The notes below the pieces were generated by a model. That model saw only the letters and a program-made list of their open reading frames with translations. It was not told the DNA's origin and did no database searches. A stretch of DNA of 64,000 bases from Bacteriovorax sp. Lineage in GTDB: Bacteria > Bdellovibrionota > Bacteriovoracia > Bacteriovoracales > Bacteriovoracaceae. This document shows positions 21,429-31,146 of the stretch, piece by piece. The translations under genes were made by a program, and so were the position numbers. How positions within the stretch are numbered: the first letter of the stretch is position 1; the number at the start of each line of letters is the position of its first letter. The stretch is from assembly GCA_014376445.1 (NCBI GenBank), contig JACMRM010000006.1, positions 5,634 to 69,633 on the forward strand. The letters are read 5' to 3'.

Positions 21429-22850
21429 ATGAAAAAATTTAATTTCAATTTTAAATTCCTGGATCGTTTTAAAAAAAATCAAAAACATGAGTCTGTTGAA
21501 GATTTTGAGTCATCAGAAAATCATCTTGATGATGACGATCCCGTTAATTTCCAGACAATGACCAAAGAGAATCTTCAGTATTCTCCGCCTCCTGCTGAAA
21601 TAAAAGAAGATGAAAGTTATTCCGATCATGATCCTGAAGATTTCGCTGAGAAAACTTTAAGCGGTTTCAGTCTTGATAAGTTCAGAGAGGAAAATCAGGG
21701 GCTCGTAAACGATAACCTTGATGAAATCGAGAGATCTGACAGCAACATCAGTTATCAGCAGATGGAGATAGATCCGCCGGAAACACCGGAACCTGCTTCA
21801 CGATTCAGATTTAAATTTCCTAAATTCAGCCGCGAAGATGCAGAGAAAAATATCAGGTCACGCTTTTCTGATTCAAGTCCGATGAAGAGCATCGATAAGT
21901 TCAGATGGAATGATTTTATCTTAAAACTTTTTTCTCCTTACTCACGCAGCAAGATTCATGGTGCATTCGTTATCCTGCTGGTCGTAACGTTTACTTATTT
22001 GATCGGCAAGGGTGCCGCTCTTTTTATGGGCCGCTCGGCCCCGATCGTATCCAATGTAAAAAGCAGCATCGTTATTCCTATGGAAAAAATGGATACAACA
22101 ACTCAGGACCTTAATAAAATTTCTTCAACAAACCTTTTCAATATTAAAGAAAGTGATAAGGCCGGATCTAGTAAACCGAAAATTGATATCTCAAGTATCG
22201 TGTGCACAGATGCAGAAAAGCCTACATCTGAACCGTTAAAGCTGCTTGATACAATCGTCCTTCAGGACTCGGTAAAATCTGTAGCATCCGTTCAGGTTCG
22301 CGGAGCAGCTGAACTGGTCAACGTTCGCGAAGGCGAGCAGCTGAACAATTCAGAAATTTCTAAGATTAACCGCATGAAAATTATTTTAAAGAATCTTACG
22401 ACTGGCGAATGTGAATACGTTGCTAGTGAAGATCAGGAAGCTCCGGCCACCATGCCTAATATTCAGATTCTTTCTCCTAAAAAAGGTGCGGCACTATTTA
22501 AAAGCAATAACCCGGAAATCAAGAGCAATGGAAATAATTTTAAAATCAAGCGCGCTTTCAGAGATAAAATGATCAGCAATATGAGCGAAGTTTTGACTCA
22601 GGCTAAAGCTATTCAAATCACGAACCCGGACGGATCATTGTCATTTAAAATGACTGAAGTTGTTCCAGGAAGTATCTACTCGCAGCTTGATATCGGCAAC
22701 GACGACATCATTACCAGCATCAATGGCAAGAAGATTGAAAATTTAAATGAGTTGATGGGTCTTCTTGGAAGAGTGAAAGAAATTGACCAGTTTCAGATTG
22801 GACGTACAAGAAACGGACAAAATACAAATTTAGAATTTAACTTTGAATAA
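21429..22850 (+). CDS. gspC: Type II secretion protein GspC-like (long acidic N-terminus, TM, HR and PDZ domains)
   Basis: First gene of the gsp cluster. One TM helix, C-terminal PDZ ('VVPGSIYSQLDIGNDDIITSING'). Confidence 0.8.
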   Translation: MKKFNFNFKFLDRFKKNQKHESVEDFESSENHLDDDDPVNFQTMTKENLQYSPPPAEIKEDESYSDHDPEDFAEKTLSGFSLDKFREENQGLVNDNLDEIERSDSNISYQQMEIDPPETPEPASRFRFKFPKFSREDAEKNIRSRFSDSSPMKSIDKFRWNDFILKLFSPYSRSKIHGAFVILLVVTFTYLIGKGAALFMGRSAPIVSNVKSSIVIPMEKMDTTTQDLNKISSTNLFNIKESDKAGSSKPKIDISSIVCTDAEKPTSEPLKLLDTIVLQDSVKSVASVQVRGAAELVNVREGEQLNNSEISKINRMKIILKNLTTGECEYVASEDQEAPATMPNIQILSPKKGAALFKSNNPEIKSNGNNFKIKRAFRDKMISNMSEVLTQAKAIQITNPDGSLSFKMTEVVPGSIYSQLDIGNDDIITSINGKKIENLNELMGLLGRVKEIDQFQIGRTRNGQNTNLEFNFE

Positions 22851-22884
22851 AAATATTTAATTGAAAGAAAACTTGGGCCACAAG

Positions 22885-25470
22885 ATGAATTACATGACGA
22901 AAAAAAATGTTTGCCTCTCGAAAGTACTTACTGTGACCTTGCTTCTATCCGCAGGTTTATCTCCCGAAGTAAAAGCACAGTTCGACAAATACAAGAGCAA
23001 AACTAAATTCAGCAAACCAGCGAAAGCAGCCGGAGGAGTTGTCACTCCACGCGACATTGCTATTCCCGACACAGGCAAATCTGCAAAGTCGCTTTTAAAC
23101 GACACAACTAATTTTGCTCCAGGCGATGATGAAGATTCAAGCGGCGGTGATGATGTATCAGATGCAGGCGGAGACGACTCAGGTGACGACAGATCTTCTG
23201 GCGCCGGCACTTCAGGTGCAGATGCGTTCGGAAGAAAAAGAACAGGCTCAGCGAGCCCGACTAAAACTGATAAAAAGTTTGTCAATTTAAACCCGGAAAC
23301 AGCATTCGGACCTGAAGTTGTCACAAGTTTCGATTTCCCGAACGTTTCAATTCTTGATTTAACAAAACACATGCAGAAACTTACAGGACTAAATCTTATT
23401 CTCGATAAAGATATCAAAGGAAAAATTTCTATTTCTTCCCCTACTCCGATCACTATCGGAGATGCGTGGAAAGCTTACCTTCAAGCTCTTTCAATCAACG
23501 GTTACTCGCTTGTTAAGTCGGGTGCTTTTTATACAATCGTTAACAACCGCGACATCAGATACTCTCCAACTACGATGTATACGGGAACATACACTCCGAA
23601 TACTGAAAACTACGTTATGCAGATCATTCCTCTTAAGTATGTTAACTCGAGAGAAGTGGCGAACTCATTCCGTCCTTTCATGTCACGTTACGGACGTATT
23701 ATTGAGATCAAGCAAACGAATACCGTTATCGTTCAGGAAACTGGTACTCATATAAATCGATTAATGAAGCTGATTAAGTTCATCGATATTCCAGGTCACG
23801 AAGAGTCACTGCAGATTATTAAAGTAAGAAACTCTTCTGCGCAGGAGATTGCAACTCTTCTTGATAAAATTCTAAAAGGTGGAGCTAACGGGTCCGCTGC
23901 AAGAGCAAACCCTGCTGTTTCAAGTTCTGGCTCTACTTCGCAGTCAAACGTTTCAAGAATTATTGCTGAGCCAAGAACAAACTCGATCATCGCCATGGCA
24001 AACTCTGAAGGTGCACGCGAGCTTCGCGGGTTGATAGAAAAACTGGATGTAAAAGTTGTCGCTGCAGGTTCAGGACAAATTCACGTTTATTATTTAAACT
24101 ACGGTGACTCTGAAGCTCTTTCAAAAACTCTTTCTTCTCTTGTTGGCAATGCTGCAAGACCAGGCGGGGCCGGAGGTCTAACCAGATTTACTTCTCCAAA
24201 CGCAGGAACAGCGACGACAGCAACACTATTCAACAGTGAAGTAAAAATTACTTCTGATAAAGACAACAATGCTCTGGTTGTAACGGCCTCTCCTACTGAC
24301 TATGAAACTGTAAAAGCAGTTATAGGTCAGCTGGATATTCCACGCGACCAGGTTTACGTCGAAGGTCTGATGATGGAAACGAGTGTTGGTAATAAAAGAG
24401 GATTCGGAATTTCGATCATTGGAGCTTACGGTTCAGGTGGATCACAAAAAGCTGGTTACGGAAATACAAACGATCTTCTTTCTCTAATGACAAACAATAT
24501 TACAAACCTTTCTGGTCTTTTTGTTGGTGGTGGTATCGGAAGAAAAGTGGATTTCGTCGGAGCTGATGGTAAAACGACACAGATTAACTCTGTAAATGGA
24601 ATTATCAATGCGATTGCAACTAATAACAATACAAACGTTCTTGCGACTCCACAAATCCTTACGATGGACAACGTAGAAGGTGTATTCGAGTCCGGCGAGC
24701 AAATTCCTACGACAACTCAAACAAATGCAACCAACGGATCGACTTCAACATCAGTCGCACCACAAAAAGTTGCTCTTACTTTAAAAATTACTCCTCAGAT
24801 CAACAAGGTCACCCGCTTTGTTAAACTTAAGATCGACCAGAAAATTGAAGACTTCTCCGACAGACAGCTGACATCAACTCAGGGTGGCGCTGCGACAGTT
24901 ATCAGATCAATCAACACAACAGTTGTGGTTAGAGACAAAGATACAATTGCGATGGGTGGTTTAATGCGTGATAAAGAAACTAATGTTGTAAGCAAGGTTC
25001 CTCTACTCGGGGATATTCCGGTATTAGGATGGTTATTTAAAAATACAACGAAGACTGTAGATAAAGTTAACCTACTTTTCTTCATGACTCCGAAAATTTT
25101 AGCTTCATATGAAAAGGCGAATGCTGAAAACGTAAAAGATCTTCTTAACCGTCGCCAGGCCCACTTAAAGAGTATGGTTGGTGATGATGATGCTTTTGGA
25201 ACCACAGTTAAAGGTCTTTACGATAAAGCTAAAAAACAAGGAGAAGGTCCTCTTTACGATACGTCTCAAGGGAACCAGTACAAAGACAGAAATGAAGCGA
25301 ATCCTGATAATAACGTAAACAATACTGATCCAGCGGCCGTTGATGTTCCTGATTATCAGGAAATTATCAAAAAGGTTGAGAACAAAGATTTTAACAAAGA
25401 CAATAAAGACGAGAAGAAACAAACGACGACAACTGCAGCAGCAGCGTCGACAGCGCCAGCAGTACAGTAA
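22885..25470 (+). CDS. gspD: Type II secretion secretin
   Basis: N0-N3 domains (IPLKY, EPRTNSII, DKDNNALVV), LDIPRDQVYVE, LATPQILT, LKITPQIN and KVPLLGDIPVLGWLFK. Alternative TTG start at 22861. Confidence 0.95.
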   Translation: MNYMTKKNVCLSKVLTVTLLLSAGLSPEVKAQFDKYKSKTKFSKPAKAAGGVVTPRDIAIPDTGKSAKSLLNDTTNFAPGDDEDSSGGDDVSDAGGDDSGDDRSSGAGTSGADAFGRKRTGSASPTKTDKKFVNLNPETAFGPEVVTSFDFPNVSILDLTKHMQKLTGLNLILDKDIKGKISISSPTPITIGDAWKAYLQALSINGYSLVKSGAFYTIVNNRDIRYSPTTMYTGTYTPNTENYVMQIIPLKYVNSREVANSFRPFMSRYGRIIEIKQTNTVIVQETGTHINRLMKLIKFIDIPGHEESLQIIKVRNSSAQEIATLLDKILKGGANGSAARANPAVSSSGSTSQSNVSRIIAEPRTNSIIAMANSEGARELRGLIEKLDVKVVAAGSGQIHVYYLNYGDSEALSKTLSSLVGNAARPGGAGGLTRFTSPNAGTATTATLFNSEVKITSDKDNNALVVTASPTDYETVKAVIGQLDIPRDQVYVEGLMMETSVGNKRGFGISIIGAYGSGGSQKAGYGNTNDLLSLMTNNITNLSGLFVGGGIGRKVDFVGADGKTTQINSVNGIINAIATNNNTNVLATPQILTMDNVEGVFESGEQIPTTTQTNATNGSTSTSVAPQKVALTLKITPQINKVTRFVKLKIDQKIEDFSDRQLTSTQGGAATVIRSINTTVVVRDKDTIAMGGLMRDKETNVVSKVPLLGDIPVLGWLFKNTTKTVDKVNLLFFMTPKILASYEKANAENVKDLLNRRQAHLKSMVGDDDAFGTTVKGLYDKAKKQGEGPLYDTSQGNQYKDRNEANPDNNVNNTDPAAVDVPDYQEIIKKVENKDFNKDNKDEKKQTTTTAAAASTAPAVQ

Positions 25471-25490
25471 TTTAAAAGGATAAAATTAGA

Positions 25491-27230
25491 GTGAAAATAA
25501 CAGATCACATGCTCGAAAAAGTTGAAGGCCAGAAAGAAAAAATAGGCCAGCTTCTTTTAAAGCACACATCACTGACTGATGACCAGCTCGAAGAAGCACT
25601 TGAGATTCAGCTGGAATCCGGAATGCTTCTGGGAGAAATTCTTCTAAAGAAGAATTATATTCACCCGCACGACATTATCAAAGTTATCTGCCACCAGGTT
25701 GATATCCCCTACATGACTGAACTGAAACTTGAAGAAATTGATCCGAACCTGACTCAAAATATCAGCATTAACTATGCCAAGACTCACGAAGTGCTTCCTA
25801 TTCTGGAAACAGATTATTCTATTACACTTTTAGTGACTGACCCGTTTAACTTTGATGCTATAAATGACATTCAGGAAATTTTTAAAAAAGAAGTTAAGAT
25901 GGTGGTCTCTTCGCCTCTTAAGGTTCAGGATGCCATTAACCGCATTTATGAACGCGCCAATAGAAATGTGGTCGACTCAATCGAAGGTGACTTCGATGAA
26001 AATTTAGATTTAGACGGCCCGATTGATATTCTTGAAGCAGGTGCTGATGAAGCTCCAGTTATACGTTTCGTGAACTCTATTATTTTTCGAGCGATTAAAG
26101 AGCGTGCGTCTGATATTCACATTGAACCTTACGAAAAAGAGGTTGTATACCGCTTTCGTGTAAACAGAGTTATGCGCGAGATTTTAAGACAACCGATTAA
26201 AACACAGGCCTCTGTTACCTCACGTTTAAAAGTTATGACGAAATCCATGGACATCGCTGAAAAGCGTCTTCCACAAGATGGCCGTATTAAAATTAAAATG
26301 GCCGGTAAAGATATCGATATCAGGGTTTCCGTTGTTCCCATTCAAAATGGTGAGCGTATTGTAATGAGGGTTCTAGAAAAATCCAACAATACACTGACGC
26401 TTGAAGCACTCGGGTTCCACGGCAGAAATTTAAAAGCGCTTGATGAACTTTCGCAAAGAAAACACGGAGTCGTTTACGTTTCAGGACCTACTGGTCACGG
26501 AAAGACGACTACACTATTTGCAATGCTCGATCGTATCAACACTCCAGATAAAATGATCATCACTGTAGAAGATCCGGTGGAAATTGAGCTTCAGGGTATT
26601 TCACAAATTCAGGTTAATCATAAAATTGATTTAACTTTCGCGAAAGCACTCCGCTCGATTCTTCGCCAGAACCCGGATGTTATCATGGTCGGGGAAACGC
26701 GAGATTTAGAAACAGCAGAGATGGCGATTCAAGCGTCGCTTACCGGTCACTTTGTTTTATCAACGATTCACACGAATGATGCTTCATCTGCACCAAACAG
26801 ACTTATCGATATGGGAGTGCAGCCTTTCTTGATTGCTTCTTCACTTGCAGCGGTTCTTGCTCAAAGACTAATCAGAACTCTATGTAATGAATGTAAAGAA
26901 TCCTATACTCCGACTAATTACGATTTTCAGATGCTGGATGTGCACGCGGTTCCGCCTGATGCAACTTTATATAAAGCTAAAGGATGTCCGAAGTGCAACT
27001 ATCTTGGCTACGGAAGCATGACAGTTGTTTCAGAACTTTTAATTATTACAGATGATATCCGTCCGCTTATCTTAAATAAATCTGATGCCAATACTGTAAA
27101 GAAAATGGCAATGAAAAACGGAATGAAGTCTCTTCGTCAGGATGCTCTTGAAAAAGTTTTCAAGGGAATCACTTCAGTTGAAGAAATGGTCCGCGCGATT
27201 AATGAAGAAGATGAGGATACACAACACTAA
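25491..27230 (+). CDS. gspE: Type II secretion ATPase
   Basis: ASDIHIEP, RLPQDGRI, Walker A GPTGHGKTTT, TVEDPVE, LRQNPDVIMVGETRD, STIHTND and CxxC..CxxC. Confidence 0.96.
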   Translation: MKITDHMLEKVEGQKEKIGQLLLKHTSLTDDQLEEALEIQLESGMLLGEILLKKNYIHPHDIIKVICHQVDIPYMTELKLEEIDPNLTQNISINYAKTHEVLPILETDYSITLLVTDPFNFDAINDIQEIFKKEVKMVVSSPLKVQDAINRIYERANRNVVDSIEGDFDENLDLDGPIDILEAGADEAPVIRFVNSIIFRAIKERASDIHIEPYEKEVVYRFRVNRVMREILRQPIKTQASVTSRLKVMTKSMDIAEKRLPQDGRIKIKMAGKDIDIRVSVVPIQNGERIVMRVLEKSNNTLTLEALGFHGRNLKALDELSQRKHGVVYVSGPTGHGKTTTLFAMLDRINTPDKMIITVEDPVEIELQGISQIQVNHKIDLTFAKALRSILRQNPDVIMVGETRDLETAEMAIQASLTGHFVLSTIHTNDASSAPNRLIDMGVQPFLIASSLAAVLAQRLIRTLCNECKESYTPTNYDFQMLDVHAVPPDATLYKAKGCPKCNYLGYGSMTVVSELLIITDDIRPLILNKSDANTVKKMAMKNGMKSLRQDALEKVFKGITSVEEMVRAINEEDEDTQH

Positions 27231-28444
27231 TGTCTATCTATAACTATAAAGGTCTCGATAAAAGTGGAAGTGAAGTCAAAGGCACAGTGAATGTCGAAGG
27301 AATAACCGCGGCTAAAGCACGCGTAAAATCTATGGGCATCATGATCACTGAAATTCATGAACAGTCCTCAGCTTCTGTAAGAAAAAGTGCGGGAATTACT
27401 TTTGGTAACCCGGTTTCGATCAATGACCTTGCTCTAATGACCCGTCAGCTTGCTACACTTTTACGTGCAAAAATTCAGGTTGTAGAAGCATTCACGGCCC
27501 TAGTCGACCAGACCGACAACCCAAGTTTAAAAGTCACACTGTCTGAAATACGCCAGAAAGTGAATGAAGGTTCTTCGCTCGCAAAAGCTCTAGCAGACTA
27601 CCCTAAAATTTTTGATAACGTTTACGTCAACATGGTTGATGCCGGTGAAACTTCGGGGACGCTTGAAGTTGTTTTATTGAAGCTCGCGGATTTTACAGAA
27701 AACCAGTTGAAGCTGAAAAATAAAATAAAAGGTGCAATGACATATCCTGTAATCATGATGGCCGTCGGTGGAATCATGATCAGCATTATTTTCGTTGTTG
27801 TTATTCCTAAAATTACCAAGATTTTTATCAGTATGAAAAAAGAACTTCCGATGCAGACTAAAATCTGTATCTGGATTTCAAATTTCCTTATCAATTACTG
27901 GTGGTTGGTTATCATCGGTGCAGTGGCCGGATGGATCGGGACAAAAAAATATCTGGCCACTGTAAACGGCAGAGCTAGATTCGACGCCTATATTTTAAAA
28001 GCTCCAGTGATCAGCGAAATTGTCACAATGATCAACGTGACAAGATTCTGCTCTACTCTCGCGACACTTTTACAGTCGGGTGTTCCCATTCTCGTTTCGA
28101 TGAAAATTGTTTCGAATTTAATTTCAAATGTGCATATGAAAAGGGCCATTGATGAATCACGACAAAGTGTTTCAGAAGGTGCGTCTTTAACAGGCCCTCT
28201 AATCCGATCTGAGCTTTTTCCTCCAATGGTTACACACATGATCAAACTGGGAGAAAAGTCAGGTGAGCTTGAACCAATGCTTAAAATTGTAGCGGAAAAC
28301 TATGAAGATCAGGTCAACGCAAAACTTAGTGGACTAACATCGACCTTAGAACCTATAATGATGGTGTTAATGGGAGCTGTCGTAGCATTTATTATTTTCT
28401 CGGTCGTCGTACCGCTGATTAATATGAACTCGATGGCGAGATAA
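27230..28444 (+). CDS. gspF: Type II secretion inner-membrane platform protein
   Basis: TRQLATLL, AGETSGTL, AMTYP, GEKSGEL and LEPIMM motifs. Confidence 0.95.
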   Translation: MSIYNYKGLDKSGSEVKGTVNVEGITAAKARVKSMGIMITEIHEQSSASVRKSAGITFGNPVSINDLALMTRQLATLLRAKIQVVEAFTALVDQTDNPSLKVTLSEIRQKVNEGSSLAKALADYPKIFDNVYVNMVDAGETSGTLEVVLLKLADFTENQLKLKNKIKGAMTYPVIMMAVGGIMISIIFVVVIPKITKIFISMKKELPMQTKICIWISNFLINYWWLVIIGAVAGWIGTKKYLATVNGRARFDAYILKAPVISEIVTMINVTRFCSTLATLLQSGVPILVSMKIVSNLISNVHMKRAIDESRQSVSEGASLTGPLIRSELFPPMVTHMIKLGEKSGELEPMLKIVAENYEDQVNAKLSGLTSTLEPIMMVLMGAVVAFIIFSVVVPLINMNSMAR

Positions 28445-28484
28445 TTAAAAATAAATAAGCAGTCATTTTTATAACGGAGATCAA

Positions 28485-29036
28485 ATGAATAACACGTTTT
28501 TTAGAAAAACATTTCTTGAAAAAACTCTCGTTCAAAACCAGCAAGGTTTTTCACTTATTGAAATTTTAATTGCACTGACTCTACTTGCTGTTGTTGGTAC
28601 ATTCGTCGGTGGAAAGTTTTTTGAGAACCTTGAAGAAGGAAAAATCAAATCAGCAAGAATCCAGATGAGCAACATGGACTCACGTTTAAAAGATTTCAGA
28701 AGAAGATGCGGATTCTATCCTACAAGCGAGCAAGGCCTTGAAGCACTTGTAACAAAACCAACTGGTGGACGTGAGTGTAAAGACTATCCTGCAAGCGGGT
28801 TCATTGAAGGTGAAGCAATTCCTAAGGATCCATGGGAAAATGATTTTATTTATGAGTCTGACGGAAAGACTTTCAATATTTCATCTCTAGGACCTGATGG
28901 AGAAGCTGGCGGCGACGGAAACAACGCTGACATTTTTTTCAAAACTCCAAAAGGCGGAGGAGCAGCTCCTACTGCCGGAGGAGCTGCATCCGGTGCTGAA
29001 GCAGGTGGCGGCACAGAGGCCGCTCCAGCTGAATAG
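28485..29036 (+). CDS. gspG: Major pseudopilin
   Basis: QG|FSLIE prepilin cleavage site, YPTSEQGLEALV, KDPW and SLGPDG..GG.G..ADI motifs. Confidence 0.93.
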   Translation: MNNTFFRKTFLEKTLVQNQQGFSLIEILIALTLLAVVGTFVGGKFFENLEEGKIKSARIQMSNMDSRLKDFRRRCGFYPTSEQGLEALVTKPTGGRECKDYPASGFIEGEAIPKDPWENDFIYESDGKTFNISSLGPDGEAGGDGNNADIFFKTPKGGGAAPTAGGAASGAEAGGGTEAAPAE

Positions 29037-29727
29037 TTTTACTCCTTTTAAAAAAATTCTAAAGTCCAACCAGGGCTTCACAATCATCGAGATTTTGATA
29101 GCCCTGGTTTTAATTATGTCTGTCCTTACTGTCGTTCTTTCAGATCCATTTTCAAGCAGCGGTGACCTCGATAAGCAGAGTGATGATATTGAGCGTGCTG
29201 TACGTTTCATGAGCGATGAAGCGGCCCTTCGAAATGCCGTTGTCAGGCTGCACATTTTGCTGGGGAAAGCTCCTCAGGAATATGCTGTTGAATATGGTCC
29301 CTCCGACTCTTTCATTCTTCCTCCAGAATCAGAAGTTGAGTCAAATGTTCAGTCAAAGGAAGAAGAAGAAAAAGCTTCAAAATTAGTCCGCGAAACTAAC
29401 ATGAAATTCAATAAAGTAAAAGAGTTTCAAGATTCCAACACAGAAGTGCACGACAGTGTTAAAATAATAGGCATTGGATACTCGAACTCACAGAAGTTAA
29501 AAACGACTGGTGATGTCTCAATTTATACTTTCTCCACAGGTGAAAAAGATGATTCCATCATCATTCTTGCCAGTGACTCGAAAGTTGTTTCCCTTGAAGT
29601 AAGTCCTTTCAACCAGAAAGTTGTAAAGAAAAGCTTCACTATAGAGGCCGTAGGAAACAGAGACATTCTCGATGTACAGAATGCAAAGGCCAAAGAGATT
29701 TTTGAAACATGGCTAAAAGACAAATAG
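29005..29727 (+). CDS. gspH: Minor pseudopilin (GspH-like), start uncertain (GTG 29005 or CTG 29029)
   Basis: QG|FTIIE prepilin motif. Position directly after gspG. Confidence 0.75.
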   Translation: MAAQRPLQLNSFTPFKKILKSNQGFTIIEILIALVLIMSVLTVVLSDPFSSSGDLDKQSDDIERAVRFMSDEAALRNAVVRLHILLGKAPQEYAVEYGPSDSFILPPESEVESNVQSKEEEEKASKLVRETNMKFNKVKEFQDSNTEVHDSVKIIGIGYSNSQKLKTTGDVSIYTFSTGEKDDSIIILASDSKVVSLEVSPFNQKVVKKSFTIEAVGNRDILDVQNAKAKEIFETWLKDK

Positions 29728-30257
29728 CTCCTGAAAAAAAACTAAATAATCAATCCGGCTTTACACTTATAGAAGTCATGATTGCTATTTCTATTTTTGC
29801 AGTGTTTGCCACTGTCTTCGTTACTGGTTTCGGCTATAACCTGCTCGATTCCGGAAAAATTAAAGAAGATATTCTTTTAAAAGATTATTGCGAAAATAAG
29901 CTCAATGACATCATCTCCAATCCGCCGACTCTCTCTGATTCACTCACACTAACTAAAGACACGAAAGATGTAGAAAATGACAGCAACTATCAAACGATCG
30001 TTGAATTCAAAAAATTTACAGTTCCTGATGTAACAAAAATCATGGGAAACCCTGGTGCTGAAGAAGGCGGACAATCTGAGGAACAAAGCCAACAGGCACA
30101 GATGCAGAAAAGAATTTTCACTGTCTACAAAGAGAACATGGAAAAAATGATCTGGCAGGTAGAAGTTACAGTAAGAAGTAAACTGACGAGTGAAACCTTC
30201 CGGCTTTCAAGCTGGATTTATAATCAGCAGGCAGATGTAAAAATTGGAACATTTTAA
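29709..30257 (+). CDS. gspI: Minor pseudopilin (GspI-like)
   Basis: SG|FTLIEVMIA motif and operon order. Confidence 0.78.
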   Translation: MAKRQIAPEKKLNNQSGFTLIEVMIAISIFAVFATVFVTGFGYNLLDSGKIKEDILLKDYCENKLNDIISNPPTLSDSLTLTKDTKDVENDSNYQTIVEFKKFTVPDVTKIMGNPGAEEGGQSEEQSQQAQMQKRIFTVYKENMEKMIWQVEVTVRSKLTSETFRLSSWIYNQQADVKIGTF

Positions 30258-30258
30258 A

Positions 30259-31146
30259 ATGAGTCCAGCATTAATTTCCAATGATGGCTTCACCCTGATT
30301 GAAGTCCTGATCGCCATTACTATTTTAGCTTTCATTTCTTTTTCAACTTATAAAATGGTTGATACAAACACTGACACAAAAGACAGAGTCATCAAAGAAG
30401 ACCGCCGGATTGTTCAGACATTAACTGCTATCGGAAGATTGGACGGCGATATATCCCAGATGGTGAACCCACTCTACTCTTATTCGAAATTAGTTCCCAC
30501 TGCTTCTACAAATCCGAGTGATGTTTACGCCGATAATAATACAAACGCCAATGGATCTTTCGAGGGTAAAACCAACAACGGAGCTTTAATCCCGCAGTTT
30601 AAATCTGAAGATAAATCGACAATTCTTTTTTTCACACAGGCCAACAGAAGAAAAACGGCCGATTCAAAAGAGTCGCGTTTTGCCTGGATTAAATACAGCC
30701 TTAAATCTATGGAGCCAGATCCGGATAACCCCGATGAAAAAACATCCGGACTCTATGAATTGGTACGTCAGAGTATTTCGCAAGATATTTACAATCCATC
30801 TCTCGACTGGAGCAAACCTAAGCCTCAGATCGTCATGGAAAAAATTAAAAATGCTGAGTTTGCTTTCTGGGATGAACGCGGAAAAAAATACACAACTTCA
30901 CTTCAGGATTTAAACGAAAATAAAAACTTGATCCGTTCTATTCAGTTAAAAATGACCTGGGTTGATGACAATGGAAATGAGCAGAAGCTGGAAAAAACTT
31001 TCCGCGTTTTAGCTCCTTACTTCAACACAAAACAGGATGATTTAAAAACCGGGCCAGGGGCCAACGGTGCTTACGGCGGAGGAGCAGCTCCTCCAGGTGT
31101 TCCCAATCCGGATGTTCTTGCACCAGGAGATGGTGTTGTACAATAA
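30259..31146 (+). CDS. gspJ: Minor pseudopilin (GspJ-like)
   Basis: DG|FTLIEVLIA motif, about 295 aa, operon order. Confidence 0.8.
   Translation: MSPALISNDGFTLIEVLIAITILAFISFSTYKMVDTNTDTKDRVIKEDRRIVQTLTAIGRLDGDISQMVNPLYSYSKLVPTASTNPSDVYADNNTNANGSFEGKTNNGALIPQFKSEDKSTILFFTQANRRKTADSKESRFAWIKYSLKSMEPDPDNPDEKTSGLYELVRQSISQDIYNPSLDWSKPKPQIVMEKIKNAEFAFWDERGKKYTTSLQDLNENKNLIRSIQLKMTWVDDNGNEQKLEKTFRVLAPYFNTKQDDLKTGPGANGAYGGGAAPPGVPNPDVLAPGDGVVQ

Noticed and set aside
22890-25422. Long antisense ORFs inside gspD (and similar ones in gspL, the acyl-CoA dehydrogenase and topoisomerase B)
   Set aside because: These are shadow frames of well-supported genes, with no SD or motifs.
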